Shown here one piece after another: positions 37,656 to 50,624 of a stretch of DNA of 64,000 bases (position 1 is its first letter; every line of letters begins with the position of its first letter). The notes beneath the pieces were generated by a model. That model searched no databases. It worked only from the letters and a program-made list of their open reading frames with translations, and had not been told where the DNA came from. The stretch comes from Epiperipatus broadwayi (taxonomy: Eukaryota; Animalia; Onychophora), in contig JAQFVV010000004.1 in assembly GCA_028023455.1 (NCBI GenBank), positions 16,926,001 through 16,990,000 of the forward strand. The letters run 5' to 3'. The position numbers were made by a program, and so were the translations under genes.

Positions 37656-40569
37656 TATAGCCACAGGTATATAACAAGCCTGTGTTTCAGTTATATTACT
37701 TTTATAATTGATCACATACAATATATATATATATTCTTGAACAATTCCAAAAGTTGCTTAGATGCTCCATTTTTGATAGAATTAATATGCTCTGGATTCT
37801 AGAATAAGCTTTGCTTTTAAAATATAAATTTTGGGGAACATGTATTTTTATAAGGTATATGTGGATATTTATTTTAGCTACATTTTATTCATCTTTGATA
37901 ATAGTGTTACAAGTATTTTTATAAGACACTTTGCTGTCATAATATCAAAATCTTTATTTATAGTTACTCTCTTTCTCTACTATAATCTGAGAACAACTGT
38001 GATTCTAGTTTTAAAAATCTAATTTGTAGCAGTACATCTGAAAAGAAAATTTCTGACAGCCTGTTTTTTTTTATTGTTATTTTTTTTCTAATTAAATCTC
38101 CAGATAAATCTTTTCATTAATCAACCAAATAAATTATCTAATCAATATACAAAAAAAAAAAAGTCTTCAAAATCTGTAGCTTTGATAAGACAGTGGGTGG
38201 GGGGGGGGACAAAATTATTATGTTTTTCTTCACAAAAGAAAAATTATCAAATGGTAATTAAAAAGAAAAAGTCTTTTACAATTCTACCCCCTTTTCATTA
38301 ATTATACTTTTACAAGATAAAAGAAAAACAACTTAATTTTAAGTTTATCTTTTTTTAACATTCTAGTAATAAAGCAAAATAAAATATACAGATTTTTCTT
38401 TTTTTGATACAAAAAAGTAAAATGAAAATAAAATTATACATACCATATATGTGTATAAAATTATATAAATAAAATGTCTGCTAATTAAAACAAAATTGTA
38501 ATTATAATAAAAATAATAAACTTAATGATAATAAATTTATATATGTATAAAATTATATATACAAATACATTTTTTAAAACTGAATTTATATTTGTTAATT
38601 TTTAAATATTTCTTTAGTTCATTTTTGTATTACTATTTAAAGGACTAGGAGACAAACTTGTGATGGATTTTGATCATTATCATTCCATGACAATATATTG
38701 AAGCATATTAGCAGGTAGCTCATTGCTAATTTATAAGTGATGTTGAGATCATGAGGAAAATTGGTTACCCGGTTAACTAACATGATGTCAAAGAGTGTAA
38801 ATAATATTATCAGCAATCAATGATTGGCTGTTTAGTTAAACATTGATAAAAAGTTAATCATATCTGTGTGTGTATCAAATATTACATGATTATTAGTTTA
38901 TTTATTTCCATTATATAATGATGATGTTTATTTTCATTCACTGGAATTCTTTAAATATTAATTTAATCCATGGGCATTAGATGGCTTACACAATGAATGT
39001 CATCACTGTCTTATCATTTCATTTTACTTTCATTAACTTTTATTAAATATTCACTATGTCATGATCAGTTTTTTGTGATGGGTAATTTTTTTATTATTAT
39101 TAAGCATTATTTTTATATAGACTAGGATCTTGAATTATTTTTTTAAAATATATTTCTACATTGTTTGCGAACTCTTCTTAAGTTTTTTATTTGTTTGAAT
39201 ACTTAGAGAAAATGATCTGTATTGAACCGGATAGTATCCGTTTCAAGGGTCACTACACAAAAGTAGAACTAACTTTTGGTTTATTAAATTTAAAAGCATA
39301 AAGCTATTTAAAAAAAAAATTGTTATAAGAGTACATGTATTTTACACATACTCATTTGTATTTAAAATAGGTCATTTAAATTTTTTTTACATTCCTGTTG
39401 CTTGTATTTTAATCACTTTAAGTTCATTCTAAAAGCGGAGATTTAATTTTATGTTGTTGTTTTTGTTTAAAATAATCCCTGGTTAGAATTCTTCATTAGA
39501 TTGAATGGGTGATTGAGATTTTCTCTGCCCTAAGGCATAGAATTCAACAACAGGAAAGGTTTTCACAGGAAATGTAGCAAGGTATAAATAACCCTGCCAA
39601 TTTTGGGACCATAGTTTACTTTCATTCTTGGCCAACACACTGCTTCATAGTGAGATTCAGTATTCTTTTACACACTTTGATTATAACCTGCTGAGATTCA
39701 TAGCGTTTTGGGTAGCAGTTCGGACATTTAATTCCTTTCAAAAACTTGCAATTGTTAAAAAACTTCGTTGCTTTACAGGTTGTCAAAATATACTATTCTA
39801 CATTTTGTCAATATCAATATGCCATGCTTTTATTTCTCAATTGTCTAAACAATATTTAAAATATCTTGTTTTTCCCTGAATCTAGTTGGCGCAAAACCAT
39901 CATTCTCATCCACTTTTGATCACAGTAAATAAATTTTCCAGATACGTAGTGATCTGGTCGTGCCTTCTGTGATTAGAGATGGATTGAGTGACTGTTACAG
40001 TATATACAACTGGCCAATCTATAGTCTGCATGTGGCTTCACACGTTAAATTTTGCAATCCACTAGATGTTTATGCATCAAAATAAATTCTTTATTCAATT
40101 TATGATTTTTATTGTGGATTGTCATTTTTAAACTTTTATGCATTTATTTCCATTAAAACCAGAGCTTGGTATTGATATAACAAAGTTGGGTAGTATTTTC
40201 AAGTTCATTTAAATAATTCTTTGAGGATCTAGTTTGTGAATTATCTTTGTAATGATTTGTTTTTTTGTAATAGGTTTATATTCTTGGTTTTTCTTATTTG
40301 AGTTAAACCATAAAATTATCTATGTGCTCATTAAAATCATTAAAAGATATTTCTTTTTATAATTCTAAAAAAAATAAAAACTGGAAACACTTTTCTGAGA
40401 GTGTTGTCTTTGAATATTCATAATCTACCAGTGAGTAAAAAATTTTTAATAGAAAAAAAAGTAGTTTCATTTACTATAATATATATTACACCATAATATT
40501 ATCATTATAATAATAAACTTAAAAATTAACACAAATAAAACTGCTGCATGATCAATATACACAGGCAAG

Positions 40570-43500
40570 CACTGTACAGAGATGTTTAATGGCAAACTGA
40601 CTGCTTTCCTTGGTTTTCCATTCTACCTTGGCTCCAATGGAATGAGGCAAAAAATTCAAAATAAATTAAAGAAAGGTGCTGAAAAAATCACAAACTCACT
40701 TGAAAAATTATACCTATCAATATACGCGAAGGTAGCAATATATAATCAACTTATAATTACAAGAATTACCTATTACACACTTATAATAAAATTTTCTAAA
40801 ACATTCTTATCTAACATCTCATCAATCTGTAACAAATTAATATGGAAGAGAAAGATAGTGGTGATCTCTTTAAAAACCCTGAGCAGACCATCATTTAGCA
40901 ATGGATTCGGACTCCATGCAGTCAATGTTTTTACATACAGAAATCAATAAATCTATTAACAGCTACCATAAAATGTTTCCAGACATAGAGTGTGTGATTA
41001 ATATAACATCTACTGATAGACTACCCCCTTCATATCAATATCTATACACTCTGATTGAAGAACTCAAGCCAATATATAACAAAATCAATCAATCAATAGT
41101 ATTCTGTTCAATAGACAGGTCCAGAGAGTAGTCACTACATTAATTTCATCCATTCTTCCATTCCATTTTTTTTCCTTGCCCATTTCTTCAATTCCACATA
41201 AGTCTTCCCATCTCATATCATCCAATAATGTCAATGTCATCCATCCTTTTTTTTTATTTCCACTCACCATTTTCTTCAAAAAATCTTTCATTAAACTATA
41301 ATCTCTTCTTAATATATGTCCAATCCAGTTTCTCTTTCTCTCTCTGATATTCTCAATCAATCTTCTTTCCTCATTAACTCTTTTCAAAACTTATTCATTT
41401 GTTATTTTACTCATCCACCTGATTTTTTTTCATTTTTCTCCATGTCCACATCTCAAAAGCTTCCAATCGTTCTTAATTCTAATGCTCAATGTCCATGTCT
41501 CACAACCATACATTAATACACTCCACACATAACATTTAATGAATCTTCCTTAATTCACTTTCCAAGGGTCCACAAAATATCTTCTTTCTTTTTACCAATG
41601 TCTCCTTTCCCACTGCTATTATTCTTTTAACTTCATCTTCCATCCTCACTCAACCAACTACCAAATATCTAAATTCCTTCACCTGTTGAACCATGTCATC
41701 ATGGATTCCAATTTGCAATCTTTTTACATTTCTCCTTATCTATAAATACTTAATCTTTTCAATATTAATCTTCATCCAATTTATTCAACATATTCTGAAG
41801 ACCCTTTTCCTCCTCAGCAATAAAAGCCTTATCATCCGCAAATCTTATACACTTTATTACTCTCCCTCCAACATTTGCTCCTCCGCAGTCCAAATAATTA
41901 TTTAGCATATCTTCTAAATAAATATTAAAATAAAACAGGTGACATACTACACACTTGCCTAACTCCACTTTCTATATTCGTTTCATCAGTCTCATTACTC
42001 CCAAATCTGACTCTTATTCTTTGACCATTATACATAATCCATATCAATCGTCTTTCTTTCCAAAATGCTCTTTTATCTCTTAAGATGGACATCAGTTTAT
42101 TCCAACTTACTCTATCAAATGCCTTTTCTAAATCCACAAAATATATACCAATTCCTTTATCTTTTTCAAAATATCTTTCTGCAATTGTTCTAACAATACC
42201 AATAGCATCTCTTGTGCTTTCCCTTTCCGAAAACCAAACTGTTCTTCACCAACATAATAATCTACCTTCCCATAAATCCTTTGAATTAAAATTCTCAATA
42301 AAACTTTAGAAACATGAGACAACAAACTTATTATTCTATAATCATCACATTTAGCAGCTTTCTTCTTTTTAGCAATTAGAATCATTATAGTTCTTAAAAA
42401 AATCTTCAGGCCAAACTCCACTATTATATATCAAATTGCAGAGTCCAACTATTCCCTTAATAGTAAATTCCCCCATTTCTCTCAAAAATTCTATAGGTAT
42501 TGCATCAAATCCAATAGCCTTACCATTCTTCATTGCTTTCTTACTTCATCCGGCAATATGTCCCATTACCTTTATTATGTATTACAACATCTTCATTTTC
42601 AATTATTTCTTCTACTAAACAGACCCTGAAGATTTTCTTCCCATATTTTTAATATATCATTACTATCAGTTAACCTCCTTCCATTCTTATCTGCAATCTC
42701 ACTTGCTACCCATGTCTTTTTCTCCCAAGTGATACTTTGTATTCTATCAAAATACCAGATAATATCTTTTCACCTGTTGAAGCCTTTCTTGCTCCAATCA
42801 CTTTTCTTTTGCTAAATCTGTTTCTCTTCTTAGTTCATTATTAAATTTCCTATATGCCTTTTGCCCTCCCTCAGAATTTACATTCTTCCCTCATTTCCAC
42901 ACTTCCATTCTTTTCCAACATGTCTTTAGTTATCCAAGGTCATTTAGATTTTCTTGCATGAATAATACGTATTTCATTTTTTGCTGTTTTCAAGAATCCT
43001 TTTTTAATTTTATTCCAACACTCATCAGAGCTATTAATATATTTCCCATCCTCAACAATCCTTTTAAATTCATTTTCACATACTAAACCAAATTTTCCTT
43101 TTTCCATTTATATCAATTTATCCAAGTCCCATCTTGTGCATTTTTTTCCTCTTGTAATTCTTTTTAAATTCAACTTTAATTTAGCCATCACCAAATTATG
43201 ATCTGAATTTATACCAGCACCAGGCAAAGCATATGAACCCTTAATAACATTCTTATTATATCTATTCTGAATCAATATATAATCAATTTGATAAAGTTCT
43301 CTGTCACCAGGAGCTTTTCATTTATACAATCTTCGGTTAATATGATTTTTAAAACAAGTGCTTACAATGACAAACCCATTCTTTTTACAAAAATTGTACA
43401 AGCCAACTACCTCTTTCATTTCTTTTTCCAATACCATAATTTCCAACAATTTTCTCTTATCTACCTTTCCCCACAACAGTATTCCAATCTCCCAATAGCA

Positions 43501-44760
43501 ATATACATGCATTTCCCCTTCACATTAAATACTTTCTTCTGTCTTCTCATACATTTCATCAATTTCAATATCATCATGACTACTAGTTGGCATATAAACT
43601 TGTATAATTACCAAATCCCTAGGACTTTGCATTTATTCTAATCACCATCAGCCTATCGTTAATACCATCAACCTTTGCCATACTATTCCAAATTTTTTTC
43701 CTCACAGCAATGTCAAATCCATTAATTGACCCATCTCCACCCGAATAAAATAACTTTACATCTCCACTACTTACTTCTCCACATCCCACCCACCTCACTT
43801 TCTATGATGGTGATGTATAATGGCAAGTGTTACTAGGTCAGCAACGGCATTCTTCCAAGTCAGTGGAAGATCACTATAGGTGACAACGATGAGGAGGAAA
43901 CGGTAGTTGGATATTCATTTTATGGGATTTGACTAGCACACTACGCCTATTATGGAAGTTATTGCTGGGCAAAGAAGGCAACGGGAAACCACTTTGTCTT
44001 ATAATTCCCTTGTTTTATGGCTTTGGTGTCTTGCCTGGAAGGAGTGGACATGAGGCTACTCAGGTCATCAACCTGTGAAATCCTCATAAATATAATTTAT
44101 TGAGGGAAGATACATTGAGAATTGGAACATGGAATTTTAGATCTTTGAGGAGAGGTGGGAAATTGGAGAATTTGAAAAGAGAGTTTCATTTGGATAATAT
44201 TGATATAACAAAATATCACTCAACAATGATAACAAGTATACCTACTAGGACATTTACAATATCCTAAACCAACACCTCATCTATATTCATCAGCTCTTGG
44301 GATAGACAACAGGCAACTACTGCAACAATTCAGAAAGTGGTCACTAGAACCAAAATTATTCGATTTTCTGCTTAAGTTTTATCTAAATGCTCTACCCACA
44401 ACATCCTTAGATTTCATAGATTCTGTATGAATATAGATCACCTTTGTGTACCCAGTCATAGAGAAGAAGAGGCACAGGATCACTTCCTGCATTCCTGTAC
44501 TGCACTGGGAACAATACGTCACATAATGTTTACCACATACAGAGACGCTAAGGTTTCAATCAATGAAATAATATTTTTAAAAAAAGGCAACATCCCTGCC
44601 ATTCGTGCAGCAATATACAGCCTTTATGCCTACTGGTGCACCAGATGCACTTTTGCTTTTGCTAATAACCCTCAACATTACCTAGCAACATAATAAAACT
44701 AGAATTGTTCAGAAAAAGAGATAGCATCCTAGCTCAACCAGATGTTTTTACAGCCACGTG
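40570..44760 (+). mobile_element. 3' fragment of an L1/Tx1-clade LINE, split by an RTE insertion
   Basis: FLGFPFYLG, LSIYAKVAIYNQLI and LSRPSFSNGFGL upstream; LFDFLLKFYLNALPT and CVP...EEAQDHFLHSC (zf-RVT-like) downstream of 44203. Confidence 0.75.
41086..44202 (-). mobile_element. Near full-length RTE-clade LINE with inverted 5' segment
   Basis: Minus strand: APE (SEVRW, FYSG, INDRLMVIRI), RT (YRIISLLSH, DLEKAFDRV, RFADD), WIGHILRR and an (ATTG)n tail near 41086-41097. The 5' UTR and LRIGTWNFRSL...NIDI lie on the + strand at ~43805-44206. 12-bp TSD ATATAACAAAAT (41074-41085, 44203-44214). Confidence 0.9.
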
Positions 44761-45139
44761 ATCACATTTAAAACAAAGATGCAGTCTATAAAATATATCC
44801 AATATGATAGATGGTGACACCTTTAATATCATCAACTTTTAACATTAAAACCAAGCAGTGAAATGCAAACCACAAACTGAACTAAATAGAAAATCAGACT
44901 CAAAAACAAACAAAGAAGTATGCAAAATAGATACAGGACTGGAAAGAAATTAAATGACCCTCTGTTTTCCACAATGATAAAGACTTATATAATAAGTCTC
45001 CTTGCATAGTTGAATATTTGTTTTGCAATTGTAACAGAAGTCAATATATGACTAGACGGGATTCTGTAATCTTTTAGACTCAATAAAGTTTTGCTTTGAA
45101 ACATAATAATAATAATGATGGTGTTATATTATTATTACT

Positions 45140-45550
45140 ATTATTATTCAATTTATTCACAAATAAGCAGCTCAAACAAGGCCACAAGGGTTTACAAAGT
45201 AGTACATGTCTGTATTATAAAATTACAAAATAATACACACGAACATGGTTGAAATACTATTAACATTAATAATGTCAATGTAAGATTGATTTTATTTTGT
45301 CCTTGAATTGTGTATAGTTTAAAAATAAAATATCAGTATTTGAAACTTTTTATTATATTCCAGTTGCAATCTATTCAATGGTGAATTAATGGAATGTCTC
45401 ATCATAGATAAATAAAACAAATCATGACATCTAGAATTATAAGTTGGAATCCTAATTGAAATTCTTGTAATTGCATATTCTAGGGATACAGTTCCATGAA
45501 CTAATTTAAATAAAAATGGCATGTCTTTTAACAGTCTTTTATTATACATA
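45140..45550 (-). mobile_element. 3' end of a CR1/Jockey-like LINE
   Basis: DMPFLFKLVHG...IRIPTYNSRCHDLF...NSPLNRLQLEYN is a typical C-terminus, followed by AATAAA and (TAA)n-like sequence. Confidence 0.6.
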
Positions 45551-45769
45551 CTGTTTATTTTCTTAGTATACTGTACATTTTATTTTTATAAATATATTTA
45601 AAAGATTTGTCTTGTATTTTTTGTAATTTACTTATATTTGTTTGATTGCATGGATTCCAAACAATAGAGCCATAACGCAGAATGAGCACAATTAATAATA
45701 ATATTATTATTTATTTGAGGTTTCATTTAGTTTATGTTTGATTATTTCTCTTTTTCTTTTTTATTTAAG

Positions 45770-45907
45770 TTCCAAGCAAGACATTAATATATAAATCTCA
45801 AGATCTGGATTATTTTCTTTTTGTACACTCCTTGTATTTCATTGGCCATTTACTTTGTTATTCTGAAGGAAGAAATTTTTTTCCTGTTAAATTGGACAAT
45901 GATTCAG
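45770..45907 (+). CDS. TBC1D32: TBC1D32 homologue coding exon
   Basis: (t/c)n aag|TT...TCAG|gtaatt, phase 1 to 1. TLIYKSQDLDYFLFVHSLYFIGHLLCYSEGRNFFPVKL vs recalled [38 protein letters not shown]. Confidence 0.9.
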
Positions 45908-47282
45908 GTAATTAATGCATTTTCACACACACACATGTATGAAATTAAAACTGATCGCATTGTCAATTGTAATTTACCACAAGGCTGTTTTAATTAGAAA
46001 AAGTTATTAAAAAACACATTTTCATATAATAATTATTTAAAGTTGAACCAGTTTATATGCAGTTTTTTTTCCATACAGTTATCAGCAAAACAGTAGCATA
46101 ACAAGGCATTTTTAATTTAATTGTATTTGTAATACACAATGTCATCATAACCAAATTGGTATATATTTATTTATATATTTTATTACATCTAAAGTATTTT
46201 TATAAATAGTTCTCATGCTTAGGAAATTGAGTTTTCAGTATTTGATCAACAATCAACTTATATGTTCAAATTTCATCTAACCTATCAGTTTCAACTAATT
46301 ATGATGTATTGGGAGCAGTAATTTATTTTATTCTGGAGTTATGGATCATAAATATGATTAATCAGTACATTCTAGATGATAGTATCTCATCTACATCTCC
46401 AGTTAGTTTGTAGCTATTGGCTTTCATTAATGAAATTAGGATGGGTTTTATATATAGCACATTAGTAATGGTCATTTATTTCTCAGGCTTATAATAGCTG
46501 GAATTGGAGAAGAAGAATGAAATTGAATTACTGCTGCTCATTTAAATTGTTTGTTTTTTTCATCAATATTATTTACTGTGTGATGGCAATGAATTTTGAC
46601 ATATTTGATAAAATTATATTTATTTTTCAGTTAAAAAAGTGTTTAAGATCTATATTATTCTGATGATCATAACTTATTTATTGCAATATTCTATTACATA
46701 CTGTATCTGGAAGCATTACTTATCAATTTGTATATAAATATATTATCTGATTTTTATATGTAATTTTTGCAATCTATAAAATTTTATTAAAGTATAATAT
46801 TTTGATTGTCTTATGATTTTTTAGAGATCTTTCTTAAGTTGAAATATCAAATATTAATAAAATTGTATAGAGTATATTGCAAAAATTAAGTATGAAAAGT
46901 AAATATTTTACTTTATATTTAGCAATAAAGTGGAATGTTACAATAAATGAGAAAGTTCATATTGTATTATCTTTTGCAATTCCAGATCTATAGTGCATAT
47001 TAAATGTGAAGTTTGCTCTAATTCTTGATTAGATAGGGAATAACTATTTAATACAACTATGATATTTACATATTTGCAGCATTTTTGTCCTAAAACATAC
47101 ATACAACATATTCAAGATTGAGATAATCTATTTAAACTATGGGCACTTTCAGATTTTTAGAAATGGATGTCTATGAGTTGAATCCTTCTTTTGATGAACT
47201 CATATTATTTGCATTTTATTGTGTTTTTAGAGTAAAATTCAATGCAAATTTATTCACAAAGTAATCTTTTATCTCACTGATT

Positions 47283-48960
47283 CAATACGTAGTGGAAGAT
47301 AATATTGATGCTTGACTTCCTGAGTCTAGCAATGCATCAATATCAATGCCCTCAATGGACACTCTTATGATAGGGCAGTTGTATAAAATTGGAGGCTCTG
47401 CTATATCATAAGGCTCCAAATAGTCTATGTCATGGTTAATGGTATCTATAAAATATGTACTATTGTTCTTTCTCAAATTAGAACTTGGCACCTGCAATGA
47501 GGAACTCTTCAACAAGATTCTTTTTAGTTTAATTCACTATTTTTAGCAGCTACTTTTCCACCTTTTGATTACCATTATGTTTATCATAAGGAGCCGCTCT
47601 TCTAACACTATGACCCCAACTTCTATGAATTGCCCTAAAATTTGGGTTTCTTAATAGTATAAAATTGACATTAACCATTGGATAATGGTTTAGATTTTTA
47701 AGATTTTTTTTATCTAGCATCTGTATTATTTTCTGTTCCCTCTAGAGCATTGAGAATCTCAGCTACCTCTTCAATACTGTATATAGTGACAGCAATTAAG
47801 ACCTGCTCAATATGGTAAGGTAAATTGTGTCATATAATTCTCATTATTTGATGTTCTGATAAAGGGAAGGCTGTCAGCATTTTTAGCTTGACTGCCTCTT
47901 CTTGGAAAAACTGGGCATAACTATCCCTATTCACATTGTACTTTTCTTGGAAGATTTGCTAGCAGATGCTGTCTTGTCTATCCTCTCCCCAAAGCTAAAC
48001 ATAATCAAATATTTAAAGTCTCCATACATTTGTGAACAATCAAACAGAGACTGCCACCAGTCTTTGGCAGTGACATGAAAGTGATTGCTTGATATTGCCA
48101 ACTTATTATTTTCACTTAAAGGACACAGGAAAAATAGCTCATTAACACTTTGCAAATGCAAAAGCTCAGAGGGGCTTTCTGAATGCGTTCCCCTGAATGA
48201 CATTATTTCATGAATTTAAGTACCATTGAATTTCCTGTCATATCTCTTTTTTGAACAACTTAATTCAGGACCATCACTTAATACTGATTTTACTATAGTT
48301 TGATCATGGTGGACATTTCTTGGACGATACTCAATTTTCAAATTATCCTTAACAGGGGTTTCAGTTTTATTAATCATATCTTGATTATTATTGGGGTTCA
48401 TAATTGGATAATCTTGCTCCTTGCTATTTTGTAGTTCTTCTATTTTTTATTGAACAATTTTAATTTTAGTTTGCATTTGCTCAATTATCTCTTCTATTTC
48501 CTGCTAAACATTAAACTCATTCAGTTTCTCTAACAAGCCTAATCTTTTTCCATTGATCTGCTCTAGGAATTCTTGACATTTGATTTGTAATTCTTTCATC
48601 TCCTTTTGGATCTTTTTGACATCTCCTCCTAATTTAATATTAATCTTTTTGCACTTCTTAACCTCTAGTTTAGTCTCATTAAATGCTTCTTTCAAATCTA
48701 TTATAATATTTTCAATCTCTACCTTATTCTGATTTTGGATTTGCTGTGTCTGTACTAATTCATTCTCAAAGATTATCTGTCTTTCATTTATATTTTTTAA
48801 ATCTAATTTCTAATTCTGCCTCAAATCTATTTATAAAGATCTTGAAGAGTTGGAGAATCCATACTTTGGGCCTCATCTAATTCTCTAACCTTTCCACTTC
48901 CTCCATTTTTAATATCAAAATAGAATATTATTAAATTTTAACACAAAGGCTTCTTTAAAA
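47283..48960 (-). mobile_element. Degenerate gypsy-type gag-protease fragment
   Basis: Coiled-coil gag N-terminus, capsid-like QIMRII..NLP, and retropepsin CPIIRVSIEGIDIDALLDSGSQASILS. Confidence 0.7.
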
Positions 48961-49793
48961 AAGTTTTTTAATAATTAACATAAATAAATTATCAAAACAG
49001 TATTACATCCATCAGAATATAATGCAACCACTACCAAACAATTTTTCACCCTAGTAATACCAGAACTTATAATTGTTTAAACTCTAAATAATTTATATAA
49101 CTATTTGTTATGTTGTAGTACGATTAATATTAAGAAAAAATACGTTTGAAACTGTGTGTACTCCAGAAGTTAAAAGTGTTAAATAATTACATGTGAAAGT
49201 AAACGAGTTGATTTAATAAAAATGAAAATTAGAAATTACAAATGGTTTTTCATATAGATATTTTATAAAAAGCAAGGTGTAAAACAAGATGGAAGATCCG
49301 AATAAATAATTAATTAAACGAAGGATTAAAAATGTAAAGAACAATTTAATTAATTAGTTCAGAAATAAGCCCAGAATATTTTGGTGATTAAAATTGATAA
49401 GGAATAAACAATAGAACAAAAAGTAGATATAATCTAGCAGAGAAAGGACAGATAGTGTCAGTCCTGATTTTCTGAAAGACTTAAATGTAGCGCGAATTCA
49501 GAACAGGACCAACGATGGAGGAGAACCAGATATTCGGGTCTGAAGGTACCAAAGACCAACCTAGGGTAATTATACAGACTATACCTGTCTTATTATTATT
49601 TTTGTAAGCCTTACAGGTGCTAGTAGAACTAATGATAATTCTGTTTATAAATGATTGTTATTTTTCATACTAATAAAATCTTGTATCTGTTAAGTGGGAT
49701 ATTTTAATTTTATGCAAGAGGGTAATAGTTACTTGAATTAGGTGTATTTGGTTGTTTCTCGTAAGTAACATTAAATCAAGTACATCACAATTT

Positions 49794-49803
49794 TGGCGCA
49801 GTC
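49794..49803 (+). promoter_or_regulatory. Primer-binding site, complementary to a tRNA-Ser 3' end
   Basis: TGGCGCAGTC, 4 nt after the 5' LTR; matches the recalled arthropod tRNA-Ser acceptor end ...GACTGCG-CCA. Confidence 0.7.
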
Positions 49804-49886
49804 AGGAGAAAACCTGTTTTTCAAGCTTTATGAAAGAAGTAGACCGAACAGTAATTCAGAAGTCGGTGAGTTGTTAAAGAATTAAA

Positions 49887-50624
49887 ATGTCGATAGGATA
49901 AGCTAATATATTGGAATTTGGGATAGATAATCCGCACGAATAGCCCTTTTATGTGCTTCAATTACAAAATTATTTTAAGTTAAATAGTATTATTGAAAAT
50001 GATGGGAAAGTAGCAGCGTTATTATGTTTGTCAGGTAGAAAAATTATTGAAATAGTAAACAAATTGTATAATGGACAAGTTACAGATAGTAGTAATTACG
50101 ATGACCTGGTTCAAAGACTAACAGATTATTTTAGCCCAAGACCATCGAAGTATTTAGCTAGGTTAAAATTGAGGAACCGCAAACAAGACAAACTCGAATC
50201 GATTAAAGAATATGATATTGTTCTACGACAATTAGCAAAGAATTGCGAATACGGCGACTTTGTGGAACAAATTCTTATTGACCAGTTATTATGGGGAATG
50301 AAGGATGATAAATTGCGTCAATCGTTATTAATTGAAACTCAGATGACTTATGAAGGTGCTATTCAAAAGGGAATAGTATACGAATCAGTGGTAGAACAAG
50401 CTTTAGTTTTTTCAAATAGAACGGAGGAAAACTCTAGGAATACTATTTTTAAAATAGAAAGAAAGGATAAGGATTGTACTAAAGAAGGGAAAAGTTTCGA
50501 AATAAAATGTTTTTGTTGTGGTAAAGTAGGTCATTTGTCTAAAAGCTATAAATGGAGGAATGAAAAATGTTACAACTGTGGGGGCAAAGGCCATTTAGCA
50601 GCAGTGTGCAAAAAACCTAAATGA
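49887..50624 (+). pseudogene. gag: gag with two CCHC zinc knuckles
   Basis: ATG at 49887 followed by two in-frame stops. CFCCGKVGHLSKSY (last Cys lost) and CYNCGGKGHLAAVC. Confidence 0.9.

Noticed and set aside
39500-39920. Possible Penelope N-terminal remnant on the minus strand (KFFNNCKFLKGIKCPN)
   Set aside because: Too degenerate; no flanking RT or boundaries.
43930-43995. HDV-like ribozyme in the RTE 5' UTR (GCTGGGCAA...GGCAACGGGAAACCAC)
   Set aside because: RTE elements can carry HDV-like ribozymes and the J1/4- and J4/2-like words are present, but I could not build P2, P3 or the L3 UCC in this copy. It needs a consensus and a descriptor search.
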